Assembly: GCF_964355755.1 (NCBI RefSeq)
Contig: NC_092677.1
Span: forward strand, 21,067,175 to 21,131,174
Length of the DNA: 64,000 nt
Direction of reading: 5' to 3'
Source: Antedon mediterranea
Lineage: Eukaryota > Animalia > Echinodermata
Below the pieces are notes generated by a model, which was not told where the DNA came from, made no database searches, and worked only from the letters and a program-made list of their open reading frames with translations. Shown here one piece after another: positions 1 to 11,800 of the stretch. The position numbers and the translations under genes are program-made. Position 1 is the first letter of the stretch. The number at the start of each line of letters is the position of its first letter.

Positions 1-3000
1 TTAGACAATTTTGTACATTTCGATGAAACTGGATTACACAAAACATCAAAGTGCACAAAATGGCTTCAAATCGCATTTGCAGACGTTTTAAACCATTTTG
101 TGCATTTCGATGAAACTTGATTACACAAAAACATCAAAGTGCTTAAAATCACATTTGAAACAGTTTTAGACCATCTTGAGCATTTCGATAAAACTTTTCA
201 CACAAAACATTAAAGTGCACAAAATAGCTTTAAATCGCATTTGGAGACGTTTTAGACCATTTTGTGCATTTCGATGAAACTTTTCACACAAAAACATCAA
301 AGTGCACAAAATAGCTTCAAATCGCATTTGGAGACGTTTTAGACCATTTTGTGCATTTCGATGAAACTTGGTTAAACAAAAATATCAAAGTGCTTAAAAT
401 CACATTTGAAACCGTTTTAGACCATTTTGTGAATTTCTATAAAACTTTTTACACAAAACATCAAAGTGCACAAAATAGCTTCAAATCGCATTTGGAGACG
501 TTTTAGACCATTTTGTGCGTTTCATTACACAAAACATCAAAGTGCACAAAATAGCTTCAAATCGCATTTGGAGACGTTTTCGACCATTTTGTGCATATTG
601 ATGAGACTTTTCACACAAAAACATCAATGTGCATACAAAAGCTTATTATCGTATTTGGAGACGTTTTTGACTATTTTGTGCATTTCGATGAAACTTTTCA
701 CACAAAACCATCAAAGTGCACAAAATAGCTTCAAATCGCATTTGGAGACGTTTGAGACCATTTTGTGCATTTCGATTAAACTTGATTACACAAAAATATC
801 AAAGTGCTTAAAATCACATTTGAAACCGTTTTAGACCATTTTCAGCATTTCGATAAAACTTTCACACAAAACATCAAAGTGCACAAAATAACTTCAAATC
901 GCATTTAGAGACGTTTTAGAAAATGTTGTGCATTTCGTGAAAACTTTTCAGACAAAAACATCAAAGTACATACAATAGGTTCAAATCGCATTTGGAGACG
1001 TTTTAGACCATTTTGTGCATTTCGATGAAACTTTTCACACAAAACATAAAAGTGCACAAAATAGCTTCAAATCGCATTTGGAGACGTTTTAGACCATGTT
1101 GTGCATTTCGAAAAAACTTGATTACACAAAAATATCAAAGTGCTTAAAATCACATTTGAAATCGTTTTAGACCATTTTGAGCATTTCGATAAAACTTTTC
1201 ACACAAAACATTAAAGTGCTTAAAATCACATTTGAAAACGCTTTAGACCATTTCGAGCATTTCCATAATACTTTTTACACAAAACATCAAACTACACAAA
1301 AGAACTCCAAATCGCATTTGGAGACGTTTTAGACCATTTTGTGCATTTCGAAAAAACTTTTCACTCAAAAACATAAAAGTGGATACAATAGCTTAATATC
1401 GTATTTGGAGACGTTTTAGACAATTTTGTGCATTTCGATGAAACTTTTCACACAAAAACATCAAAGTGCACAAAATAGCTTCAAATCGCATTTTGAGAGG
1501 TTTTAGACAATTTAGTACATTTCGATGAAACTGGATTACACAAAACATCAAAGTGCACAAAATAGCTTCAAATCGCATTTGCAGACGTTTTAAACCATTT
1601 TGTGCATTTCGATGAAACTTGATTACACAAAAACATCAAAGTGCTTAAAATCACATTTGAAACCGTTTTAGACCATTTTGAGCATTTCGATAAAACTTTT
1701 CACACAAAACATTAAAGTGCACAAAATAACTTTAAATCGCATTTGGAGACGTTTTAGATTTTTTTGTGCATTTCGATGAAACTTGGTTACACAAAAACAT
1801 CAAAGTGCTTAAAATCACATTTGAAACCGTTTCAGACCATTTCGAGCATTTCTATAAAACTTTTGACACAAAACATCAAAGTGCACAAAAGAGCTCCAAA
1901 TCGCATTTGGAGACGTTTTAGACCATTTTGTGTATTTCGAAAAAACTTTTCACACAAAAACAACAAAGTGCATACAATAGCTTAATATCGTATTTGGAGA
2001 CGTTTTAGACCATTTTGTGCATTTTGGTGAAACTTTTCACACAAAACAACAAAGTGCACAAAATAGCTTCAAATCGCATTTAGAGACGTTTTAAACCATT
2101 TTGTGCATTTCGATGAAACTTTTCACACAAAAACATCAAAGTGCACAAAATAGCTTCAAATCGCATTTGGAGACGTTTTAGACAATTTTGTGCATTTCGA
2201 TGAAACTTGGTTAAACAAAAATATCAAAGTGCTTAAAATCACATTTGAAACCGTTTTAGACCATTTTGTGCATTTCTATAAAACTTTTTACACAAAACAT
2301 CAAAGTGCACAAAATAGCTTCAAATCGCATTTGGAGACGTTTTAGACCATTTTGTGCGTTTCATTACACAAAACATCAAAGTGCACAAAATAGCTTCAAA
2401 TCGCATTTGGAGACGTTTTCGACCATTTTGTGCATATTGATGAGACTTTTCACACAAAAACATCAATGTGCATACAAAAGCTTATTATCGTATTTGGAGA
2501 CGTTTTTGACTATTTTGTGCATTTCGATGAAACTTTTCACACAAAACCATCAAAGTGCACAAAATAGCTTCAAATCGCATTTGGAGACGTTTTAGACCAT
2601 TTTGTGCATTTCGATTAAACTTGATTACACAAAAATATCAAAGTGCTTTTAGACCATTTTCAGCATTTCGATAAAACTTTCACACAAAACATCAAAGTGC
2701 ACAAAATAACTTCAAATCGCATTTAGAGACGTTTTAGAAAATGTTGTGCATTTCGTGAAAACTTTTCAGACAAAAACATCAAAGTACATACAATAGGTTC
2801 AAATCGCGTTTGGAGACGTTTTAGACCATTTTGTGCATTTCGATGAAACTTTTCACACAAAACATAAAAGTGCACAAAATAGCTTCAAATCGCATTTGGA
2901 GACGTTTTAGACCATGTTGTGCATTTCGAAAAAACTTGATTACACAAAAATATCAAAGTGCTTAAAATCACATTTGAAACCGTTTTAGACCATTTTGAGC

Positions 3001-5896
3001 ATTTCGATAAAACTTTTCACACAAAACATTAAAGTGCTTAAAATCACATTTGAAAACGCTTTAGACCATTTCGAGCATTTCCATAAAACTTTTTACACAA
3101 AACATCAAACTACACAAAAGAACTCCAAATCGCATTTGGAGACGTTTTAGACCATTTTGTGCATTTCGATGAAACTTTTCACTCAAAAACATCAAAGTGG
3201 ATACAATAGCTTAATATCGTATTTGGAGACGTTTTAGACAATTTTGTGCATTTCGATGAAACTTTTCACACAAAAACATCAAAGTGCACAAAATAGCTTC
3301 AAATCGCATTTTGAGAGGTTTTAGACAATTTAGTACATTTCGATGAAACTGGATTACACAAAACATCAAAGTGCACAAAATAGCTTCAAATCGCATTTGC
3401 AGACGTTTTAAACCATTTTGTGCATTTCGATGAAACTTGATTACACAAAAACATCAAAGTGCTTAAAATCACATTTGAAACCGTTTTAGACCATTTTGAG
3501 CATTTCGATAAAACTTTTCACACAAAACATTAAAGTGCACAAAATAACTTTAAATCGCATTTGGAGACGTTTTAGATCATTTTGTACATTTCGATTAAAC
3601 TTGATTACACAAAAATATCAAAGTGCTTAAAATCACATTTGAAACCGTTTTAGACCATTTTCAGCATTTCGATAAAACTTTCACACAAAACATCAAAGTG
3701 CACAAAATAACTTCAAATCTCATTTAGAGACGTTTTAGAAAATGTTGCGCATTTCGTGAAAACTTTTCAGACAAAAACATCAAAGTACATACAATAGGTT
3801 CAAATCGCATTTGGAGACGTTTTAGACCATTTTGTGCATTTCGATGAAACTTTTCACACAAAACATAAAAGTGCACAAAATAGCTTCAAATCGCATTTGG
3901 AGACGTTTTAGACCATGTTGTGCATTTCGAAAAAACTTGATTACACAAAAATATCAAAGTGCTTAAAATCACATTTGAAACCGTTTTAGACCATTTTGAG
4001 CATTTCGATAAAACTTTTCACACAAAACATTAAAGTGCTTAAAATCACATTTGAAAACGCTTTAGACCATTTCGAGCATTTCCATAAAACTTTTTACACA
4101 AAACATCAAACTACACAAAAGAACTCCAAATCGCATTTGGAGACGTTTTAGACCATTTTGTGCATTTCGAAAAAACTTTTCACTCAAAAACATCAAAGTG
4201 GATACAATAGCTTAATATCGTATTTGGAGACGTTTTAGACAATTTTGTGCATTTCGATGAAACTTTTCACACAAAAACATCAAAGTGCACAAAATAGCTT
4301 CAAATCGCATTTTGAGAGGTTTTAGACAATTTAGTACATTTCGATGAAACTGGATTACACAAAACATCAAAGTGCACAAAATAGCTTCAAATCGCATTTG
4401 CAGACGTTTTAAACCATTTTGTGCATTTCGATGAAACTTGATTACACAAAAACATCAAAGTGCTTAAAATCACATTTGAAACCGTTTTAGACCATTTTGA
4501 GCATTTCGATAAAACTTTTCACACAAAACATTAAAGTGCACAAAATAACTTTAAATCGCATTTGGAGACGTTTTAGATTTTTTTGTGCATTTCGATGAAA
4601 CTTGGTTACACAAAAACATCAAAGTGCTTAAAATCCCATTTGAAACCGTTTTAGACCATTTCGAGAATTTCTATAAAACTTTTGACACAAAACATCAAAG
4701 TGCACAAAAGAGCTCCAAATCGCATTTGGAGACGTTTTAGACCATTTTGTGTATTTCGAAAAAACTTTTCACACAAAAACAACAAAGTGCATACAATAGC
4801 TTAATATCGTATTTGGAGACGTTTTAGACCATTTTGTGCATTTTGGTGAAACTTTTCACACAAAACAACAAAGTGCACAAAATAGCTTCAAATCGCATTT
4901 AGAGACGTTTTAGACCATTTTGTGCGTTTCATTACACAAAAAATCAAAGTGCAAAAAATAGCTTCAAATCGCATTTGGAGACGTTTTAAACCATTTTGTG
5001 CATTTCGATGAAACTTGATTACACAAAAACATCAAAGTGCTTAAAATCACATTTGAGACCGTTTTAGACCATTTTGAGCATTTCCATAAAACTTTTCACA
5101 CAAAAACATCAAGATACATACAATAGCTTAATATCGTATTTGGAGACGTTTTAGAACTTTTTGTGCATTTCGATGAAACTTTTCAAACAAAACATCAAAG
5201 TGCAGAAAATAGCTTCAAATCGTATTTGGAGACGTTTTAGACCATTTTGTGCATTTCGATCAAACTTTTCACACAAAAACATCAATGTGCACAAAATAGC
5301 TTCAATTCGCATTTAGAGACGTTTTAGACCATTTTGTGCATTTCGATGAAACTTTTCACACAAAAACATCAAAGTGCACAAAATAGCTTCAAATCGCATT
5401 TGGAGACGTTTTAGACCATTTTGAGCATTTCGATGAAACTTTTCACACAAAAACAACAAAGTGCATACAATAGCTTAATATCGTATTTGGAGACGTTTTA
5501 GACCATTTTGTGCATTTCGATGAAACTTTTCACACAAAAACATCAAAGTGCACAAAATAGCTTCAAATCGCATTTGGAGAAGTTTTAGACAATTTTGAGC
5601 ATTTCGATGAAACTTTTCACACAAAAACAACAAAGTGCATACAATAGCTTAATATCGTATTTGGAGACGTTTTAGACCATTTTGTGCGTTTCGATGAAAC
5701 TCTTCACAAAAAAACAACAAAGCGCACAAAATAGCTTCAAATCGTATTTGGAGACGTTTTAGACCATTTTGTGCGTTTCATTACACAAAACATCAAAGTG
5801 CACAAAATAGCTTCAAATCGCATTTGGAGACGTTTTATACCATTTTGTGCATTTCGATGAGACTTTTCACACAAAAACATCAATGTGCAAAAGCTT
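1..5896. repeat. Satellite array, subfamily A (86-87 bp monomer plus ~78 bp deletion variants)
   Basis: Tandem copies of CATCAAAGTGCACAAAATAGCTTCAAATCGCATTTGGAGACGTTTTAGACCATTTTGTGCATTTCGATGAAACTTTTCACACAAAAA; monomer starts at 5280 and 5367 are 87 bp apart. The array runs off the left edge of the window. Confidence 0.97.
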
Positions 5897-6112
5897 ATTT
5901 TTGCTACTCGGAGACGGCGGCGATTAACAAACTCATAGAATACTAAATAAAGATGCATACAACATAAGTTCAGGCTTAAATAGTTTATTAGTAAATGAAC
6001 ATTCGCCCATGTAAAACTGCACATAAAAGTCATAAGCAAATATAAGTTATATATAGCAATAATTTACCAATTCTAAGTAAGCACAACAGGGATGCTCAGA
6101 GAAAAATAGCCC
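5897..6112 (-). repeat. Split direct repeat B2 (216 bp)
   Basis: Matches 6263-6478 with 3 mismatches by eye (ATTTTTGCTACTCGGAGACGG...GAGAAAAATAGCCC). Confidence 0.95.
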
Positions 6113-6146
6113 TTATTAACTGTCTAAATATTGGGCGGGAGGGAGG

Positions 6147-6265
6147 GAAAATTTTCTTTAACTTAATGTGATCGTGTTAACAGAGAGCGTGCTTGATTAA
6201 AGAGGTCGAAAACCCGCCCTCTCCGTTCTCAAAATAGAATTGTGTTCCTAACCCAATTCTTAATT
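6147..6265 (-). repeat. Split direct repeat A2 (119 bp)
   Basis: GAAAATTTTCTTTAAC...CCCAATTCTTAATT, identical by eye to 8685-8803. Confidence 0.95.
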
Positions 6266-6478
6266 TTTGCTACTCGGAGACGGCGGCGATTAACAAACTC
6301 ATAGAATACTAAATAAAAATGCATACAACATAAGTTCTGGCTTAAATAGTTTATTAGTAAATGAACATTCGCCCATGTAAAACTGCACATAAAAGTCATA
6401 AGCAAATATAAGTTATATATAGCAATAACTTACCAATTCTAAGTAAGCACAACAGGGATGCTCAGAGAAAAATAGCCC
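6263..6478 (-). repeat. Split direct repeat B1 (216 bp)
   Basis: Second copy of 5897-6112; it overlaps A2 only by the ATT core at 6263-6265. Confidence 0.95.
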
Positions 6479-6859
6479 GCGGCAGGTGCCAAGGCACCGC
6501 CAAGAGCAGCCCACCAAAGTGCAGGAAACAAGGAAGAATGTTCACTTACCCAGTTGAAACTGAGATAAAAAATTAAAAATGGTTCTACCAGGACTTCCTG
6601 GAAAAATCTCCAAAGAGACTGATAGGTACAAAAATCACCATTAATACAACGATGCTCCCATGAAAGTATACGCAGATACTTCATGACAGTATGTTGAGCA
6701 TCAGCACCTTCCACCCCAGGCTAATCCGAGGGCTCCACTACCGTGCACTGCTATGGGAGCAAATTTGTACTAACACATCGCCAATAAACAATACTGAAGA
6801 AAAAAAACGTAAATAGTCGCATGGATGTAAGTGATTTATAATGTAAATGTACATTTTTG

Positions 6860-7282
6860 TTAGTCATTACTAAGAGTTATGCTGTGGGGTCGGATATATC
6901 GCTTATATGCGTCGCTTTTCCATCTTCCGGTAGCTTTAATTTCTTGTTCGTCTGCGCCCAGGTCCCTAAGTTGCGTGGCCCTTCCGATTCTGAACGAGTG
7001 TGTGTTGTACCGGGTGTGGTCTAAGTTGGCGTGTGACGCGGCTTCTTTTAACGTGTGGCTTAAATGCTTCCTAAGTAGTGGATCTCCGGTTTGAAATATG
7101 AAAAATTTCTCCCGCGTCGTAGGCCTGATCGAATTGTAATCCTGTAACGCTTTTACCGGGCATAACATGCTGTTTCCTTTTTTGTTAATGCTGAAATGTT
7201 GGGAATCGCCCTTGTGGTGTTTGAAGGAATTAAATTGGAAGGTGACCTTAGCGTGTGATACATATATAAACACATTAGGCAA
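6860..7282 (-). pseudogene. 5'-truncated tyrosine recombinase (DIRS/Ngaro-type YR), C-terminal catalytic portion
   Basis: The translation contains LCPVKAL, the HSFRIGRAT H-x-x-R box and GRWKSDAYKRYIR (catalytic W and Y), typical of retroelement YRs. The N-terminal domain and first catalytic Arg are absent. The annotated start is TTG and in-frame stops lie just upstream. Confidence 0.9.
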
Positions 7283-7350
7283 AGAACATTAATTCTAAAC
7301 CGCCCGGTGATATACTGAAATTTAATTAATTAATTTGAAACGGTAGAGAT

Positions 7351-7418
7351 CATACACATACATATATATATACATACACATATATACATATACACATACA
7401 CATACATACACATACACA
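7351..7418. repeat. Compound CATA/CA/TA microsatellite
   Basis: catacacatacatatatatatacatacaca... run upstream of the YR fragment (minus-strand sense). Confidence 0.9.
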
Positions 7419-7715
7419 TGTAAAATAACATACATTATTAAATTAATATATATAAATGAAATAAATAAGCAACAGTGTCCCTTAGTGAATATATCACACA
7501 GTAGGGAAAACTGGATACTCGAAGTTTTAATATCTGATTACTAAGGCGAAAATGCTAGTCTGTTATCGCCCGACATACCATACCAATGTGTAATGTGGTT
7601 TGCGGTTACTATAGTGCCTGGCGGTTAAAGCACGCCCGATTTCAGTATAAATCGTACTCTTGGGCCTGAACCTAATACAGTACTGTTAAAAGAGCTGTTA
7701 TCACAACTTCCTACG

Positions 7716-8304
7716 AGAGGATTTATGTATGGGCCTTGTCGTCGACTAAAGCGAAAGTAACTGTGCGAGTCGTTATCGCACGACATATACAATTCATGTG
7801 CGAGTCATTCATCGCACGACGTATAAGAGGATTTGTGTATGGGCCTTGTCTTCGACTAAGGCGAAAGTAAATGTGCGAGTCATTATCGCACGACATGTAA
7901 AATGAATGTGCGAGTCGTTAATCGCACGATATACAAAGAGGATTTATGTATGGGCCTTGTCTTCGACTAAGGCGAAAGTGAATGTGCGAGTCATTATCGC
8001 ACGACATATAAAATTCATGTGCGAGTCGTTAATCGCACGACATACAAGAGGATTTATGTATGGGCCTTGTCTTCGACTAAGGCGAAGGTAAATGTGCGAG
8101 TCGTTATCGAACGACATATAAAATTCATGTGCGAGTCGTTATCGCACGACATATACAATTCATGTGCGGGTCATTCATCGCACGACATATAAGAGGATTT
8201 ATGTATGGTCTTGTCTTCGACTAAGGCAAAGGTAACTGTGCGAGTCGTTATCGCACGACATATACAATTCATGTGCGAGTCATTCATCGCACGACATATA
8301 AGAG
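7716..8304. repeat. Internal ~110 bp minisatellite, 5 units, built from ~34 bp hairpin subunits
   Basis: GAGGATTT unit starts at 7717, 7827, 7938, 8048 and 8193 (periods 110, 111, 110, 145). Subunits carry GTGCGA-N7/8-TCGCAC. Confidence 0.93.
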
Positions 8305-8326
8305 AGTAATTGTGTAAAGTATACAG

Positions 8327-8328
<2 letters not shown>

Positions 8329-8378
<50 letters not shown>
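8329..8378. repeat. (AT)n microsatellite, about 25 units
   Basis: Pure AT dinucleotide run. Confidence 0.97.
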
Positions 8379-8383
<5 letters not shown>

Positions 8384-8684
8384 TATACAATGATATTATG
8401 TATAAAGTCGAAAAAACGTGTGGTAAATCACAATGGCGAGCGAACATTAGTACAGTTGGCCCTCGTGTAAAATGGAATCCTACCAGTAGCCTGGACACAC
8501 CCTAAAATTCACTCATGTTACCACATACAGTACATAGGTAAGACCTTCCATAATGGAAGGGCTGTATTTGTAGTCGTGGAAATTATGAGTAACTGAGTTG
8601 TGTCGCATAAGGTGCCGAATTGTTAGAAAACTTACTTGTAAAAAAGTTGTCGTATTAGGATGGAAATCGGTGATGGAAAAATAA

Positions 8685-8803
8685 GAAAATTTTCTTTAAC
8701 TTAATGTGATCGTGTTAACAGAGAGCGTGCTTGATTAAAGAGGTCGAAAACCCGCCCTCTCCGTTCTCAAAATAGAATTGTGTTCCTAACCCAATTCTTA
8801 ATT
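8685..8803 (-). repeat. Split direct repeat A1 (element 5' end, 119 bp)
   Basis: Identical to 6147-6265; followed directly by resumed satellite ATCGTATTTGGAGACG. Confidence 0.95.
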
Positions 8804-11800
8804 ATCGTATTTGGAGACGATTTTGACCATTTTGTGTTTTTCGATGAAACTTTTCACACAAAACCATCAAAGTGCACAAAATAGCTTCAGATCCCATTTG
8901 GAGACGTTTTAGACCATTTTGTGCATTTCGATGAAACTTTTCACACAAAAACATCAAAGTGAACAAAATAGCTACAAATCGTATTTGGAGACGTTTTAGA
9001 CCATTTTGTGCATTTCGATGAAACTTGGTTAAACAAAAATATCAAAGTGCTTAAAATCACATTTGAAACCGTTTTAGACCATTTTGTGCATTTCTATAAA
9101 ACTTTTTACACAAAACATCAAAGTGCACAAAAGAGCTTCAAATCGTATTTGGAGACGTTTTAGACCATTTTGTGCATTTCGAAAAAACTTGTTAACATAA
9201 AAACATCAAAGTGCTTAGATTAGCTTCAAAACGGATTTGGAGACGTTTTAGACCATTTTGTGCATTTTGGTTAAACTTTTCACACAAAACATCAAAGTGC
9301 ACAATATAGCTTCAAATCGCATTTGGAGACGTTTTAGACCATTTTGTGCGTTTCATTACACAAAACATCAAAGTGCACAAAATAGCTTCAAATCGCATTT
9401 GGAGACGTTTAGACCATTTTGAGCATTTCGTTAAAACTTTTCACACAAAAACATCAAAGTCCACAAAATAGCTTAATATCGTATTCAAAAACGTTTTAGA
9501 CCATTTTGAGCATTTCGAAAAAACTTTTTCACACAAAACATCAAAGTTTACAAAATAGCTTCAAATCGCATTTGGAGACGTTTTAGACCATTTTGTGATT
9601 TTCGAAAAAACTTGTTAACATAAAAACACCAAAGTGCTCAGAATACCTTCAAATCGCATTTTGAGACGTTTTAGACCATTTTGTTATTTTCGAAAAAACA
9701 ACATAAAAACACCAAAGTGCTCAGAATACCTTCAAATCGCATTTGGAGACGTTTTAGACCATTTTGTGATTTTGGAAAAAACTTGTTAACATAAAAACAC
9801 CAAAGTGCTCAGAATACCTTCAAATCGTATTTTGAGACGTTTTAGACAATTTTGTGATTTTCGAAAAAACTTGTTAACATAAAAACACCAAAGTGCTTAG
9901 AAAAGCTTCAAATCGCATTTGGAGACGTTTTAGACCATTTTGTGCATTTCGATGAAACTTGGTTACACAAAAACATCAAAGTGTACAGAATAGCTTCAAA
10001 TCGCATTAGAAACCGTTTTAGACCATTTTGAGCATTTCGAAAAAACTTTTTCACACAAAACATCAAAGTGTACAAAATAGCTTCAAATCGCATTTGGAGA
10101 CGTTTTAGACAATTTTGTGATTTTCGAAAAAACTTGTTTACATAAAAACACCAAAGTGCTAAGAATGGCTTCCAATCGCATTTGGAGACGTTTTAGACCC
10201 TTTTGTGCATTTCGATGAAACTTGGTTACACAAAAACATCAAAGTGCTTAAAATCACATTAGAAACCGTTTTAGACCATTTTGAGCATTTCGTTAAAATT
10301 TTCACAGAAAAACATCAAAGAGCAAAAAATAGCTTAATATCGTATTTAAAAACGTTTTAGACCATTTTGAGCATTTCGACAAAACTTTTTCACACAAAAC
10401 ATCAAAGTGTACAGAATAGCTTCAAATCGCATTTGGAGACGTTTTAACCCATTTTGAGCATTTCGATAAAATTTTACACACAAAAACATCAAAGTGCACA
10501 AAATAGCTTAATATGGTATTTAAAAACGTTTTAGAACATTTTGAGCATTTCAACAAAACTTTTTCTCACAAAACATCAAAGTGTACAGAATAGCTTCAAA
10601 TCGCATTTGGAGACGTTGTAGACCATTTTGTGCATTTCGATGAAACTTGGTTACACAAAAACATCAAAGTGTACAGAATAGCTTCAAATCGCATTAGAAA
10701 CCGTTTTAGACCATTTTGAGCATTTCGAAAAAACTTTTTCACACAAAACATCAAAGTGTACAAAATAGCTTCAAATCGCATTTGGAGACGTTTTAGACAA
10801 TTTTGTGATTTTCGAAAAAACTTGTTTACATAAAAACACCAAAGTGCTAAGAATAGCTTCCAATCGCATTTGGAGACGTTTTAGACCCTTTTGTGCATTT
10901 CGATGAAACTTGGTTACACAAAAACATCAAAGTGCTTAAAATCACATTAGAAACCGTTTTAGACCATTTTGAGCATTTCGTTAAAACTTTTCACACAAAA
11001 ACATCAAAGTCCACAAAATAGCTTAATATTGTATTTAAAAACGTTTTAGACCATTTTGAGCATTTCGAAAAAACTTTTTCACACAAAACATCAAAGTTTA
11101 CAAAATAGCTTCAAATCGCATTTGGAGACGTTTTAGACCATTTTGTGATTTTCGAAAAAACTTGTTAACATAAAAACACCAAAGTGCTCAGAATACCTTC
11201 AAATCGCATTTTTAGACGTTTTAGACCAATTTGTGATTTTCGAAAAAACTTAACATAAAAACACCAAAGTGCTCAGAATACCTTCAAATCGCATTTGGAG
11301 ACGTTTTAGACCATTTTGTGATTTTCGAAAAAACTTGTTAACATAAAAACACCAAAGTGCTCAGAATACCTTCAAATCGTATTTTGAGACGTTTTAGACA
11401 ATTTTGTGATTTTCGAAAAAACTTGTTAACATAAAAACACCAAAGTGCTTAGAAAAGCTTCAAATCGCATTTGGAGACGTTTTAGACCATTTTGTGCATT
11501 TCGATGAAACTTGGTTACACAAAAACATCAAAGTGTACAGAATAGCTTCAAATCGCATTAGAAACCGTTTTAGACCATTTTGAGCATTTCGAAAAAAATT
11601 TTTCACACAAAACATCAAAGTGTACAAAATAGCTTCAAATCGCATTTGGAGACGTTTTAGACAATTTTGTGATTTTCGAAAAAACTTGTTTACATAAAAA
11701 CACCAAAGTGCTAAGAATAGCTTCCAATCGCATTTGGAGACGTTTTAGACCCTTTTGTGCATTTCGATGAAACTTGGTTACACAAAAACATCAAAGTGCT

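Larger units (their letters stand above)
5897..8803 (-). mobile_element. Non-autonomous Ngaro/PAT-type (DIRS order) tyrosine-recombinase retroelement with split direct repeats
   Basis: Read on the minus strand the order is A1(8685-8803) - internal region - YR fragment - B1(6263-6478) - A2(6147-6265) - B2(5897-6112), the split-direct-repeat layout of Ngaro/PAT elements. Both junctions share ATT with the empty satellite site AAGCTT-ATT-ATCGTA (seen near 640-653 and 2480). No gag/RT/RNaseH ORF is visible. Confidence 0.88.

Noticed and set aside
6860-7282. Phage integrase, prophage or Crypton interpretation of the YR
   Set aside because: The HSFRIG/GRWKS signature and the A1-B1-A2-B2 repeats fit DIRS-order retroelements, and no phage genes are present.
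7906-8498. ORFs 7906-8091 and 8280-8498
   Set aside because: They are translations of the minisatellite and the (AT)n run.
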